64,000 nt of DNA from an uncultured Fibrobacterota bacterium (GCA_963753345.1 CAVWBU010000026.1:192001-256000), one strand, 5' to 3'. Positions 1 to 10,153 are shown, counted from the first letter of the stretch. Translations and numbers: made by a program. Notes: generated by a model from the letters alone, not told the origin.

Positions 1-534
1 CTCGCCTCGGCCATCGGTCTGGGCGACAGCGGCGCCCCGGCGCAAGGCGGCCTGTATGCCAGCGGCATCTACGTGCCGCTGCTCGACCGGCTTGCACGGT
101 ACGCGCTTTCCGCGATCCAGAAGGAGCCGCAGACGTGGACCGCGGGATTCCCGAAACGCAATCCCTATTACGGCGGCCGGAGGGGCGCCGACGTGTTCGA
201 CGAATCGGGAAGGAACATTTCTCGCTGGTCAAGTCAGCCCAGGGTAATGTTCGACAAGCCCGGCCTGTACCGCATCCAGCCCGACGGCGATCCGTCCTTT
301 TGGATTGCGGCGAATGTCGACTCGATGGAGGCGGATTTCGCCTGCCGCAGCCCGCGCATCGCCCCCGCCATGGCCCCGCGCGTCAAGTATGTCGAAGCGG
401 GCCGGTTCGCGTCGTTCGTACGACAGCGCCGGCCGGGATCGTTTTCGGGATGGCTGTGGGCTATTCTGGGCTTGCTTGCTATTGCGGAAGTGTTGTTGTG
501 GGAGAGGAAGGGAGTGACGGGCAAGGGCGAATGA
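1..534 (+). CDS. Partial (5'-truncated) membrane-anchored protein, possibly the C-terminus of a BatA/VWA-type protein
   Basis: Frame is open from base 1. Has a KPGLYRI..IAANVDSMEAD segment and a C-terminal TM helix (WLWAILGLLAIAEVLLW). Confidence 0.55.
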   Translation, partial: LASAIGLGDSGAPAQGGLYASGIYVPLLDRLARYALSAIQKEPQTWTAGFPKRNPYYGGRRGADVFDESGRNISRWSSQPRVMFDKPGLYRIQPDGDPSFWIAANVDSMEADFACRSPRIAPAMAPRVKYVEAGRFASFVRQRRPGSFSGWLWAILGLLAIAEVLLWERKGVTGKGE

Positions 535-556
535 ATAAGATTGGGAAAGAAGATCT

Positions 557-718
557 GGGCGTTCCCCTCGCCTTTGTCAAGTCTCAGGCTTGGGTCGGCC
601 CTCCTTCCGGTCTCGCCCTCCGGCCTCGGGCTGCCTGCCGCGAGGGCCCTGCGGTCCGTGGTCAGGCAGCACCGCGCTTCAGCGCGGCCTCCAGTCCGCC
701 TAACGCGCGGCAGAGGAA
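557..718 (+). repeat. Structured repeat module A, copy 1
   Basis: GGGCGTTCCCC-hairpin-GGGTCGG...CCTAACGCGCGG, shared with 7 other loci. Confidence 0.9.
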
Positions 719-825
719 AAACATTTTGTCAATCTTTGCTTCTTGCGCCAAGCGGACATCCTGACGGAAATCAGCTAATGCTTTGAATTGATCTTCCTTC
801 AACTCTCCAACTGCATCTCAACCTT

Positions 826-1010
826 TCAACTCTCTTTCTCGGTGCCCCCGCAGCCAAAGTTTCTTTCTAGCAAATCAACCTACTTGGGGGCTACCCACGA
901 GGGGGAAGCGCAAGACCGGCGCGATTGGTTCGAATTGCAAATTGGGACCGCCGGGCTGAAGCGAGGGGGACGACCCTTGGAAGTACCCGACGGGGTAAAC
1001 TTCCTCCCAT
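826..1010 (+). repeat. Structured repeat module B, copy 1 (with 27-bp insert at 971-997)
   Basis: GGTGCCCCCGCA...GGGGGCTACCCACGAGGGGG-hairpin-GCGAGGGGGA..TTCCTCCC. Confidence 0.9.
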
Positions 1011-1072
1011 TAATGCCTTTCTTATATTTTACATGAAGTAGAATATAGAACCAGCAGGGATATGATTTTCAC

Positions 1073-4000
1073 ATGGATCACATCGGCCAGAAATTCCTCG
1101 ACCTCCTCGCATCAAAAACGCCCATATTATTCGACGGCGCCATGGGAACGCAGATCCAGGAGGCAGACGTACGCGCCGAAGATTATCGCGGCCATAACGG
1201 GTGCAACGAGATTCTTGTTCTGTCGCGGCCCGAACTCATTCTTGACATTCACAAGCGGTATCTCTGCGCCGGCGCAAACGTGATCGAGACCAACACCTTC
1301 GGCGCCAACAGTATAAAACTTTCCGAATACGGACTTGCCCAGAGCGTCCGTGAGATCAACGGCGCCGCAGCAACGATCGCTCGCAGGGCGGCGGAAGAAG
1401 CGCGCTGCGAGCACGCGTGCCTTGTGTGCGGTACCATGGGGCCCACCGGGCTTCTTTTGTCAACCTCGGGCGGCGGAAAGGGAAGACGCGCCTTTTCGGA
1501 GATTGCGGATGTATACCGCGAGCAGGCCGGCGCGCTTATTGACGGCGGGGCAGACCTGCTGCTTCTGGAAACCATGCAGGACCTCCGCGAACTGCGCGCC
1601 GCGGTCCTCGGTATACGGGGCATGCTTGACGAGCGCGGACTTGCCGTGCCGCTCATGGCGCACGCAACGGTCGATACGAACGGCCGCATGCTCTTGGGCT
1701 CCGATATTCCGGCGTTTCTCGGTGCCGCCGGAAACCTCGGGCTCGACTGCCTCGGTCTCAACTGTTCTACCGGCCCGCATGAGATGAAGCGCTCGGTTCT
1801 GGAACTTCTCAGACTCTATCCGGGCCCGGTTTCCATGATGCCCAATGCAGGTATGCCCGAAAACGTTGCCGGCCGGGCGGTCTACAAAATGGACCCCGCC
1901 GAATTCGCCGGCGCTGTCGCGCCCCTGGTCGCGGAAAACGGCCTTGGCATCGTGGGCGGCTGCTGCGGTACCACGCCTGCTCACATTACCGCCCTGCGCA
2001 GCGAGCTTGCGGGAAAGACCGTCGCAGCCCGCATTGTGTCCCAAAAAACGTATCTCGGGTCCGGCATTTCGGGCAAGGAGCTCGAAGGCAGTGCGAAGCC
2101 TCTTATCGTTGGGGAGCGGCTCAACACCCAGGGCTCGAAGAAGACCAAGGAACTGGTGCTGTCGCGCAATTTCGACGAGCTCTTCCAGGTCGCAGCCGAG
2201 CAGAGCAAGAGAGGCGCGACTGCCCTTGACATCTGCGTTGCGGTAAGCGAGCGCGACGACGAGCGGAAAACCATGGCCGATCTCGTGTCGTTTCTATCGG
2301 AGCGCATAAGCGTGCCCTTCTGCATCGACTCAACCGAGCCGAACGTGATCCGCGCCGCGCTGGAGGCTTGCCCCGGGTCTGCACTTATCAACTCGATCAA
2401 CCTGGAGCGCGGCGGAAAACGCGCGCGCGAAATTCTCGCCATGGCCCGCGAGTTCGGCTGCCCGGTGGTGGCGCTCACCATCGACGACGAGGGCATGGCA
2501 AAAACCGTGGCGAAGAAACTCGACTGCGCGCGCCGCATCCGTGATCTTGCCTGCGGCGAGTTTCTGCTGCCCGAGCGCTTTGTCTACGTGGACCCGCTCA
2601 CCTTCACGCTCGCGACCGGCGAGCCGGAAAGCGCCGACGCGGCCAAGATCAGCCTCGAGGCGCTGTTCCGGATCAAGGAGGAGCTGCCGGGCATGCGCAC
2701 CATCATGGGCGTGAGCAACGTGTCGTTCGGCCTTGCGCCCGCGTCGCGCCAGGTGCTCAACAGCGTCATGCTCCACTACGCCGCGCAGGCAGGCCTCGAC
2801 GCGGCGATCTTCAACCCGCTGCACCTGGACAAAATAGAAACCGTTGATCCGGTGCTGCGCGGCTTGGCCGAAGACCTGCTGTTCAACCGCAGGCCGGGTA
2901 CGCTTGCCGATTTTGTCAATGCATTTACGCATGCGACACCTTCGGCGGCGGCGCCGCAGTCGGCGTCAGCGCTGCCGCCCGAAGCGGCGCTGCGCGACAA
3001 GATCCTCAACCGCGACCGGCGGGAGCTTGCGGCCTGCATCGAAACACTGCTTGTGTCGCGCAAGCCCGAAGACATTCTTAACGCCGTGCTCCTTCCCGCC
3101 ATGGCCGAGGTGGGCGCGAGAATGGACAGGGGAGAAATGATCCTGCCGTTCGTGCTCCAGGCCGCCGAGGTGATGAAGGAGGCGCTCGAGATCCTCAAGC
3201 CGCGCCTCGCGGGCGGGGAAGCGGGCAGGCGCGGGAAGATCGTGATGGCAACGGTGTACGGCGACGTGCACGACATCGGCAAGAACCTGGTGGCGTCGAT
3301 TCTTGCAAATCAAGGGTACGAGGTGGTCGATCTCGGCAGGCAGGTGCCGCTGGACGTGATCGTCGCGGCGGTAAAAGCGGAGAAGCCGGACGCGCTCGGG
3401 CTTTCGGCGCTGCTCGTCACCACGAGCCGCGAAATGGCCGCGTGCGTTGCCGAGTTTGACCGGCTCGGGCTGCGCGTTCCGGTCCTTGTGGGAGGCGCGG
3501 CGGCGAACCGCGAATTCGCCCAGCGGATCGCGGTGCTTGACAAGGGCCGCACGTACGGCGGCGGCGTCTATTTTGCCAAAGACGCGTTCGAGGCGGCGAA
3601 AGTACTTGACGAAATAAGAAAGCGCGGGTCCGCGCCGTCCGGCGAGCCTGCGGCGGCAGCGACCGGAGCGCGCGAAGCCGCGCCGGCCGTTGCCACACCA
3701 GGGGCGCTTTCCCATCCGGAAATCGTGTCCCCGCAGTTTTACGGCACAAGCCAGGTGCTGCGCTGGGAATGCGACAAGCTTCTGTCGGGCATCGATACGC
3801 AGCGGCTTTTCAAGGGATATTTCGGCGGCGGAAATCTGGGGAAAGAAGAATTTGTTGCAGCTGCGGAAAAGGAATTCATGCCCGCGTTTGAATCGCTCAA
3901 ACGGGGAATCCTTTCCCAAGGTCTCCTTGACGCTGCAGGAATGTACGGGATCTTTCCGGTGTTTACCGACGACATCCGGCTGTTTGTTCTTGATCCGTCG

Positions 4001-4456
4001 GATTTCCACACCCAGCTTGCCGAATTTGTTCTACCGCGCACGGCGAAAAAGAACCGCTCCATCGCCGACTACTTCCGTCCCGAATTCGATGTTCTGGCTG
4101 TCCAGATCGTCACTATTGGAAAAGGCATTGACGAACAGCGCCGCAGGTTCATGGAGGCGGAAAACAAGCTGACCCACGGGTTTTATCTCAACGGCCTGGC
4201 AAATTTTCTCACCGAGCTCCTTGCCGACAAGACGACCGCGGAAGTGCGGCGCGCAATGTATATCGCACCGGACCGCGGCCGGAGGTACAGCTTCGGCTAC
4301 CCCGGTCTTCCCGGCGTGGAGCAGCAGGCCCGATTGTTTGAAATGCTCGGCGTGGAGGAGCGGCTCGGCGTGTCGTTGACAACGGGGTTTCAGATGGTGC
4401 CGGAGCACTCGACAATGGGGATTTTTGTGCATCATCCGCAGGCAGAGTATTTATAA
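1073..4456 (+). CDS. metH: Cobalamin-dependent methionine synthase
   Basis: FDGAMGT, GLNC and GGCCGTTP (Hcy/Zn domain), GERLN (pterin domain), DVHDIG (B12-binding), RYSFGYP (activation domain). Confidence 0.95.
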   Translation: MDHIGQKFLDLLASKTPILFDGAMGTQIQEADVRAEDYRGHNGCNEILVLSRPELILDIHKRYLCAGANVIETNTFGANSIKLSEYGLAQSVREINGAAATIARRAAEEARCEHACLVCGTMGPTGLLLSTSGGGKGRRAFSEIADVYREQAGALIDGGADLLLLETMQDLRELRAAVLGIRGMLDERGLAVPLMAHATVDTNGRMLLGSDIPAFLGAAGNLGLDCLGLNCSTGPHEMKRSVLELLRLYPGPVSMMPNAGMPENVAGRAVYKMDPAEFAGAVAPLVAENGLGIVGGCCGTTPAHITALRSELAGKTVAARIVSQKTYLGSGISGKELEGSAKPLIVGERLNTQGSKKTKELVLSRNFDELFQVAAEQSKRGATALDICVAVSERDDERKTMADLVSFLSERISVPFCIDSTEPNVIRAALEACPGSALINSINLERGGKRAREILAMAREFGCPVVALTIDDEGMAKTVAKKLDCARRIRDLACGEFLLPERFVYVDPLTFTLATGEPESADAAKISLEALFRIKEELPGMRTIMGVSNVSFGLAPASRQVLNSVMLHYAAQAGLDAAIFNPLHLDKIETVDPVLRGLAEDLLFNRRPGTLADFVNAFTHATPSAAAPQSASALPPEAALRDKILNRDRRELAACIETLLVSRKPEDILNAVLLPAMAEVGARMDRGEMILPFVLQAAEVMKEALEILKPRLAGGEAGRRGKIVMATVYGDVHDIGKNLVASILANQGYEVVDLGRQVPLDVIVAAVKAEKPDALGLSALLVTTSREMAACVAEFDRLGLRVPVLVGGAAANREFAQRIAVLDKGRTYGGGVYFAKDAFEAAKVLDEIRKRGSAPSGEPAAAATGAREAAPAVATPGALSHPEIVSPQFYGTSQVLRWECDKLLSGIDTQRLFKGYFGGGNLGKEEFVAAAEKEFMPAFESLKRGILSQGLLDAAGMYGIFPVFTDDIRLFVLDPSDFHTQLAEFVLPRTAKKNRSIADYFRPEFDVLAVQIVTIGKGIDEQRRRFMEAENKLTHGFYLNGLANFLTELLADKTTAEVRRAMYIAPDRGRRYSFGYPGLPGVEQQARLFEMLGVEERLGVSLTTGFQMVPEHSTMGIFVHHPQAEYL

Positions 4457-4521
4457 ATGTAGATTGAAGAATGTAGAATGTAGAATGAAATTTGCAATCT
4501 ACAATCTACAATCTACATTCT
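4456..4521. repeat. Inverted heptamer tandem repeats (ATGTAGA)n/(TCTACAA)n forming a hairpin after metH
   Basis: aatgtagaatgtagaat ... aatctacaatctacaatctacatt. Confidence 0.75.
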
Positions 4522-4649
4522 GAATTTATTCTGGCCCCCGGCGGCTAAAGCGCCGCCACCCCCTTGGAAAGGGGGAAGAACTTGAAGCCGCTGATTCCTA
4601 CACACTGCCGAGATTTGTTTCTTTTCACGCAGGAAAGCAATAAGGTTTA

Positions 4650-4958
4650 GAATTTAAATCAACAAGATCGCCTACGGCTTCAAGAATGACCGGCCTGTAC
4701 AGTGACCGTATTCACCTGACACCCCAAAATGCTATGCGCTTGAACGAATATAGAATTTTTACTTCACAGCTGTCGCTCCAAGGGTGCGCGCAACGGGTGT
4801 CTCGGTCTTGCCGCAGGCCCACCCACGCCGCACCCCGCGAAGCTCCCAAAGGCATTATAAGTCTATTGATTTGTTGATTGCAGCAATCGATTGTCAGGTG
4901 AATGCTATGTCAATGCAACTAAACTTTCGTCCCAGTTGTTCTTCCTTTACGCAGTGAA
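4650..4958 (+). repeat. Imperfect direct repeat copy 1; contains a decayed 3' end of a putative serine recombinase gene
   Basis: Aligns with 7345-7738. Translates to ..QQDRLRLQ../GLYSDRIHLTPQNAMRLNE..SQLSLQG. Confidence 0.7.
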
Positions 4959-5224
4959 CGCAACGACCTGCTATTGTAAAGTAACACCCCTTCAAGCTGA
5001 TTTCCCCGGTGCTTCTTACGGCTTGTGCACGTCAATCAGAGGTTGATTTTGTCAACCCCGCTTCTCTTTTCGTGTGGCCAAACGCTATTCCCATAAGAAA
5101 AGTCTGAGCATCAGGGCCAAACACGGCATATCGACCGTTCGCTAAAAAAGAACGAAAAATGTCAAACAGGTGTTGCAATTGCCATCATTTGTTTGTAAAT
5201 TCAATAGTGAACAAAAGGGACAAT

Positions 5225-6052
5225 ATGATGCCGTTGATATTTGAATATCTCGATTTCCGAAGATTTCTACGTGACTTCTACGCTGAGAAGAAGCGGAAGA
5301 ATCCTCGATTTTCCTATCAAGTCTGGGCGCATGCCGCGGGGTTCCGGTCAAAGAGCTATTTCCCCGAATTGATTTCCGGAAAGAAGAATATTGCGGACGA
5401 CGCAATCGATACGGTAGCTCGATCTATCGGCCTTGATGGCAAATCGGTCGCTTTTTTTGAGGCACTTGTTGCATTCAACCAGTCCAGGACACACGAACAG
5501 AAAATACGCTCGTGGGCAAAACTCACCGAATTCAACCGCCGCGGCAATGCTCGCCTCCTCATGCGCGACCAACACGACTTCTACAGGCAATGGTACCATC
5601 ACACGATACGGGAACTGGTGGTCATGCACGACATCGGCAACGATTGGGAACGCCTTGCCTTACTCGTGGTCCCTGCCATCAAGCCAAGCCAAGCAAAAGC
5701 CTCAGTGAAACTCCTGCTGCGTCTGGGGTTGATCCGAAAAAAAGGAAAACGATTCGAATTGGTGGATACCGTAGTCACCAGCGGCGATGAGGTGCGGTCG
5801 GTTGCGGTAACCGAATTTCACCTTCAGAACCTCGATGTTGCGAAGAAAGCGATTACAAATTGTCCCAGCGAAGCGCGGGATGTCAGCTCGGTCGTGGCTG
5901 CCTTATCACCACATGGATTTGCAACGATAAAAGAAGAAATTCAGAGGTTCCGGAAAAAACTGCTCTCCATAGTCGAAAGCGATAACGCACAAAACCGCGT
6001 TTACCATATCAATTTCCAGCTATTTCCGACGAGTAAAGAACATGATGAATAA
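5225..6052 (+). CDS. TIGR02147-family protein (HTH plus DUF4423-like), putative regulator
   Basis: IFEYLDFRRFLRDFY..K, WYH..IRELV, VYHINFQLFP; family typical of Fibrobacterota. Confidence 0.85.
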   Translation: MMPLIFEYLDFRRFLRDFYAEKKRKNPRFSYQVWAHAAGFRSKSYFPELISGKKNIADDAIDTVARSIGLDGKSVAFFEALVAFNQSRTHEQKIRSWAKLTEFNRRGNARLLMRDQHDFYRQWYHHTIRELVVMHDIGNDWERLALLVVPAIKPSQAKASVKLLLRLGLIRKKGKRFELVDTVVTSGDEVRSVAVTEFHLQNLDVAKKAITNCPSEARDVSSVVAALSPHGFATIKEEIQRFRKKLLSIVESDNAQNRVYHINFQLFPTSKEHDE

Positions 6053-6494
6053 GTTCTGTTCTTACTCGCTGGCCTTGGTGCCGCTTTCTCTGCTTATGCT
6101 GGCCCGCTGTTCCATTAGCATTACGGGTGGCGGCGAAATAGGGAACCCTTCATCAGCCGGCTTCGCTTTTGTCGATTCGGTCAAATGCCCGGGCGTCATG
6201 ACCTCCGGCAATCAAATTGATATAGGAAACGGCACATCGCCCATCTCGCAACCATCAGGCCAAGGTGAAGCCCGGGTAGGAGAAATGCAGCAGTATACTT
6301 ATCCTTCAGGGTCCGGTACTATTCGTTTCCTGTTTTCGGGGCCATCCACTAAGCTGGTCACTCAATGGTCTCCAGATTCGCAGATTGATTGCGCATGGAC
6401 AACAACAGGAGTATGTTCGGTTCAGGTGCAGGTTGATAGCTGGTTGGACACCATGGCATGGTCGAAGCCATTAATAGTGCACGTAATTGATTAG
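6042..6494 (+). CDS. Putative lipoprotein
   Basis: Signal peptide with LARC lipobox followed by GGGEIGNP; overlaps the upstream stop. Confidence 0.65.
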   Translation: MMNKFCSYSLALVPLSLLMLARCSISITGGGEIGNPSSAGFAFVDSVKCPGVMTSGNQIDIGNGTSPISQPSGQGEARVGEMQQYTYPSGSGTIRFLFSGPSTKLVTQWSPDSQIDCAWTTTGVCSVQVQVDSWLDTMAWSKPLIVHVID

Positions 6495-6562
6495 CAAATA
6501 ATGGCAGATGTGCATCTATCACAATAGTTCTCACAGTGTTTCCATGTCCAAAGGAGAATATC

Positions 6563-7303
6563 GTGAAAAGGTATCTGATTAATGTTTTTCCCTGGCTGGT
6601 ATTGACTTGTTTGGGCTGTGCGGGGACAAACAAGACCCCGGTGCCGCTTGCGGCAATAGACCGGCCACTGGTGAATCCCCGCGGAACCTGGTTTGCGCAC
6701 CCTGGTGTCGGTGGGTATGTCGCCTCCGAAGATTCTATATCATACCGGGGGTTTAATGCTGCGAACATTCTTTCCGTCGGTTACTCGTTATCTGATAATT
6801 TCTCGTTGCCCCTGATTCCTTTTCCATATTTTAGCTGGCAAATAACAAAAAGCCCGCTTGTGGATACTGCCGCCAAATACAAATGGCAAGTTGCCTTTTC
6901 CGGCGGCCTTTCGGGATATAACTCACAGTTGGGTATTTCCTACGACATGCAGTTATTTTGGAAAAAGAGGCTCACACAATCTTTCTGGTATCAGGGAGGG
7001 CTTTTCGATGGGGCATGGCTGGCTTTAAACAGAATAGATGTGGTTGCATATCAACCGGCTGAGGCTTCCAGCGGAATCGGCATACAGCTTTCGCCCAAGG
7101 CAGACATAATTCCCTCCCTTATGGTCAGTTATTTTGGCAATCAAAATCATCCCACAAGAGAATATTTAAGCTGCACTGCAACCTTTAATTTCCATTACAG
7201 CTTTGCGCAATGGGCTTCAATTTACGTCGGATCGTATTTCTCGTTCTACTATCGGCGGGAAATGGCAGCTGGTACGAATATAGGCGGTGAATTCTACTGG
7301 TGA
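6563..7303 (+). CDS. Putative outer-membrane beta-barrel/lipoprotein
   Basis: AAGGAG RBS before GTG, signal peptide, alternating aromatic strands, C-terminal EFYW. Confidence 0.6.
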   Translation: MKRYLINVFPWLVLTCLGCAGTNKTPVPLAAIDRPLVNPRGTWFAHPGVGGYVASEDSISYRGFNAANILSVGYSLSDNFSLPLIPFPYFSWQITKSPLVDTAAKYKWQVAFSGGLSGYNSQLGISYDMQLFWKKRLTQSFWYQGGLFDGAWLALNRIDVVAYQPAEASSGIGIQLSPKADIIPSLMVSYFGNQNHPTREYLSCTATFNFHYSFAQWASIYVGSYFSFYYRREMAAGTNIGGEFYW

Positions 7304-7344
7304 TTTCCAAACATTTCCTCAAATTAAAGAACCACGCAGCACCG

Positions 7345-7738
7345 CGACTTTGGCTGCATGCAAATGATGGGAGCAGAGGCCGTGCCAATCCATTCTGGCT
7401 CATGTCAAGGCAAACGGTTTACAATGATGGTTGTTACTTGACACCTAAGAATGCCATGAGCTTGAACGAATCAAAGATCTCCTCTTCACAACTGTCGCTC
7501 CAAGGGTGCGCGCTTATGTTTATCTAATTCCAAATTATCACCCTCTCCGTGCCGGAGAGGGCCGGGGTGAGGTTGTTCCGATCTTGCCGCAGGCCCACCC
7601 ATGCTGCACCCCGCGAAGCTCCCAAAGGCATTCAAATTTATTGATTGATTTGTTGATTGTAGCATCAATTGTTACGTGAATACGATATCAATACAACTAA
7701 ACGCCTCGTCCCAGTTGTTCTTCGTTTACGCATTGAAC
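7345..7738 (+). repeat. Imperfect direct repeat copy 2 (recombinase-tail remnant) with an inserted REP-like hairpin at 7541-7572
   Basis: LWLHAND/EQRPCQSIL/TVYNDGCYLTPKNAMSLNE..SQLSLQG, and near-identical cttgccgcaggcccaccca..gaagctcccaaaggcat. Confidence 0.7.
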
Positions 7739-7767
7739 TATTTTTTATCACAACAGGAATTCTTTCA

Positions 7768-8091
7768 ATGAACACGAAAAAGAAAAACCATCATCCATCC
7801 TATCACAAACCAGCAACGGGCCGCCCCGTATTCGGCGACAATGTCGACCATGTGCTCACAAAGAAAATCATCGGCCATTCCAGGGAGCCGGGCGTCACCA
7901 AGGCAAGCCCCGTTTTCGAGTCTGCGCCGATAGACAAGACAAAGGCACCGGATTCCTCGTTCACCTACCGAACGCCGGAGGAGAAACGCGAACAAAAGCG
8001 CTCCGGATACGGTCTTGCCGCGCTCGTGTGCCTCGGCCTGCTCGCGGTGATCACCTTCCTCTGGACTAAATTCCGCGACGACGATAGATAA
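7768..8091 (+). CDS. Hypothetical protein with C-terminal TM helix
   Basis: ORF with AGGA RBS and hydrophobic C-terminus. Confidence 0.6.
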   Translation: MNTKKKNHHPSYHKPATGRPVFGDNVDHVLTKKIIGHSREPGVTKASPVFESAPIDKTKAPDSSFTYRTPEEKREQKRSGYGLAALVCLGLLAVITFLWTKFRDDDR

Positions 8092-8128
8092 CGTCTGCAG
8101 TGAAGGTATCTCCACCTGTTGCATGGAA

Positions 8129-8192
8129 ACCCTCACCCCGGCCCTCTCTACCCCTTCGGGTACTTCCAAGGGTCGCCTAGGGGAGAGGGAGA
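8129..8192. repeat. REP-like hairpin (CCCTCACCCC..CCCTCTCCC-loop-GGGAGAGGG family) with a 27-bp insert
   Basis: Same family at 7541-7572, 35003-35052, 44952-45033, 60265-60326 and 63512-63599. Confidence 0.8.
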
Positions 8193-8253
8193 ATTTGGAA
8201 TACGTACCGATGCTTCATCGTGAAGTGTTACTTTTGACATTAACGATAGCGAC

Positions 8254-8913
8254 GTGATCCTTCTCGCCCTTGCCGACATCCATTCGAAGACGGCTTCGCT
8301 TAGGTCAATTTCCGGCGATCTTGCTGCCGCCGACGCCGTGCTGCTCGCGGGCGACATCACGCATTTCGGCGGTGCAGCCGAGCTTTCCGCTGTGCTTGAC
8401 GAAGTGAAGAAGCCCGGCAGGTGGGTGTTCGCCGTGGCAGGCAACTGCGACCGGCCCGAGGCCGCGGCCGCGCTTGCGGAATCGGAGTGCGGGATAGAGG
8501 GGAAAATTATTTCCATAAGGGGTGTCCCCGTTGCCGGGATCGGCGGGTCGCTGCCCTGCCCCGGCACTACGCCCAACGAATTCTCCGAGGCGGACTTCGG
8601 CAGGCTCCTTTCACAGGAACCGTTCGCGTCTCTTTTACCCGGCTCATTCATCTTTGTTTCGCACGAACCGCCCCTAAACACGGCCGTTGACAAGGCGTGG
8701 ATCATGAGGCATGTGGGAAGCAGGGAAATACGGCGCTTTGTAGAAATGAAAAAGCCCTTGCTGTGCATCACCGGGCATATCCACGAGTCGCGCGGCGTCG
8801 ATACGATAGGGGAGACGCGGATTGTAAACCCCGGGGCGTTTAAAAGCGGGAATTATGCGGTGGTCGAAATTGAGAACATGAAGGTGAAGGATGTTTCACT
8901 AAGAAAGGTTTGA
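8254..8913 (+). CDS. Metallophosphoesterase (calcineurin-like)
   Basis: DIH, GDIT, GNCD, SHEPP and GHIHE motifs. Confidence 0.9.
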   Translation: MILLALADIHSKTASLRSISGDLAAADAVLLAGDITHFGGAAELSAVLDEVKKPGRWVFAVAGNCDRPEAAAALAESECGIEGKIISIRGVPVAGIGGSLPCPGTTPNEFSEADFGRLLSQEPFASLLPGSFIFVSHEPPLNTAVDKAWIMRHVGSREIRRFVEMKKPLLCITGHIHESRGVDTIGETRIVNPGAFKSGNYAVVEIENMKVKDVSLRKV

Positions 8914-8941
8914 ACAGGCTGCCGGTGTATGATGGAGCAGA

Positions 8942-9289
8942 TTATACGACCTTGATTGTCACTTTATCAACGCGCGTATTCTTTAGACTCTCCCACTTAT
9001 TCCCCGCAATATTCCCAATATGCTCCACGGGCCATGCCGGCGTCTGGCCGAAGAAAATGCAGAGATATGAACCTTGGTAACTGTAGGCAATGCCGCCAGG
9101 GGGAATGGCTGAGACGAGTTTTCCTGGTTCGTCACAGGAAAGGGGAAGTGTCCCATATAGCTCCCCGCCCCAGGAAGTGAGATCGATTGTTGCTGGAAGA
9201 ATTTTCACCAGTGCTTCACAGATCGGCAAGTCAAAAAGTTTGGCACGCAGGTCAAACGTGCCAAAATCGAGGACTATTTGACTGGGCAT
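8942..9289 (-). CDS. Cyclophilin-like fold protein (TM1367/DUF369-like)
   Basis: LP..I.L..WGGELY, G.IAY...G..LCIFFG.TP. Confidence 0.75.
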   Translation of the reverse strand: MPSQIVLDFGTFDLRAKLFDLPICEALVKILPATIDLTSWGGELYGTLPLSCDEPGKLVSAIPPGGIAYSYQGSYLCIFFGQTPAWPVEHIGNIAGNKWESLKNTRVDKVTIKVV

Positions 9290-9858
9290 CTGAAGCAACC
9301 TTTCACATGGTCGTTTACCATGCCCACCGCCTGCATATGCGAATAGCAAATCACCGACCCAACAAAGGTAAACCCCCGCTTCCGGAGGTCCGCGCTCATG
9401 GCATCAGAAATTCCAGTGCGCGCCGGAATGTTGTTCCAGGTCTTGTAGGGCCGTTTCGGCAGGAGCGTTGTATTGTCGGTAAACCTCCACATATAGTTGG
9501 AGAAGGTCCCGAATTCCTTTCGCACCTCGATGAAGCGTTTGGCGTTGTTGATCGTTGAAACGATTTTGAGCCTGTTGCGTATGATGCCCGCGTCTGCCAT
9601 CAGCCGTTTCACGTCGCGGCCGGAATACCGCGAGATCGTGTCCCAGTCCCAATTGTCAAACGACTTCCTGAATTTTTCGCGGCGTTTGAGGATGGTGATC
9701 CAGCTGAGTCCCGCCTGGAACCCTTCGAGGATCAGAAACTCGAAGAGCTTTTTGTCGTTATGGACCGGCACGCCCCACTCGTTGTCGTGATAGGCGAGGT
9801 AGACGGGGTCGGTTCCGGCCCACGAGCATCGGATAGGGTTTTTTAGCTGATGTGCCAT
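9274..9858 (-). CDS. tag: DNA-3-methyladenine glycosylase I
   Basis: RCSW, YHDNEWG, LEGFQAGLSW, IIRNRLKI, GMVNDH..C. Confidence 0.95.
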   Translation of the reverse strand: MAHQLKNPIRCSWAGTDPVYLAYHDNEWGVPVHNDKKLFEFLILEGFQAGLSWITILKRREKFRKSFDNWDWDTISRYSGRDVKRLMADAGIIRNRLKIVSTINNAKRFIEVRKEFGTFSNYMWRFTDNTTLLPKRPYKTWNNIPARTGISDAMSADLRKRGFTFVGSVICYSHMQAVGMVNDHVKGCFRCPVK

Positions 9859-9902
9859 GATGGAGAAGATACTTTTTCTAAAAAACAAAATCTAAAAAAT
9901 AT

Positions 9903-10050
9903 TGGGGGAGAGGTATCTCCCCCGGCCTCGGCCTCCTCGCCGCTTTGCGACTGCGGTGTCCTCGGCTCGCCCCCCTCCTGCGTGGTCCCCTTGATGGAGC
10001 AGATGCAAGCGCGAGACATTGTTGCGGGGCACGCACGAGAAAGTAGTTGA
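9903..10050 (-). repeat. Module B, copy 2
   Basis: Reverse-strand GCGTGCCCCGCA..GGGGACCACGCAGGAGGGGG..GGGGGAGA..TCTCCCCC. Confidence 0.8.
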
Positions 10051-10153
10051 GCGGTTGGGAAGTTGAGGGGTTGAAATGCCAGGAAATGAGATTCTGTTAA
10101 TTCTTGCAGATGCCGATGGCGCAAGGATTAGTTCTTGACTGAGGAGATTTCTT

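Noticed and set aside
720-755. Promoter in the A-B spacer (TTGACA and TGGCGC on the minus strand)
   Set aside because: There is no -10 box at proper spacing, and the sigma54 GG-N10-GC spacing is not met.
826-1072. SAM or cobalamin riboswitch upstream of metH
   Set aside because: The structured sequence is the generic module B found beside unrelated genes; no riboswitch consensus was recognised.
4775-4810. tRNA fragment as att site after the recombinase-like tail
   Set aside because: AGGGTGCGCGCAACGGG is too degenerate and lacks a T-loop match.
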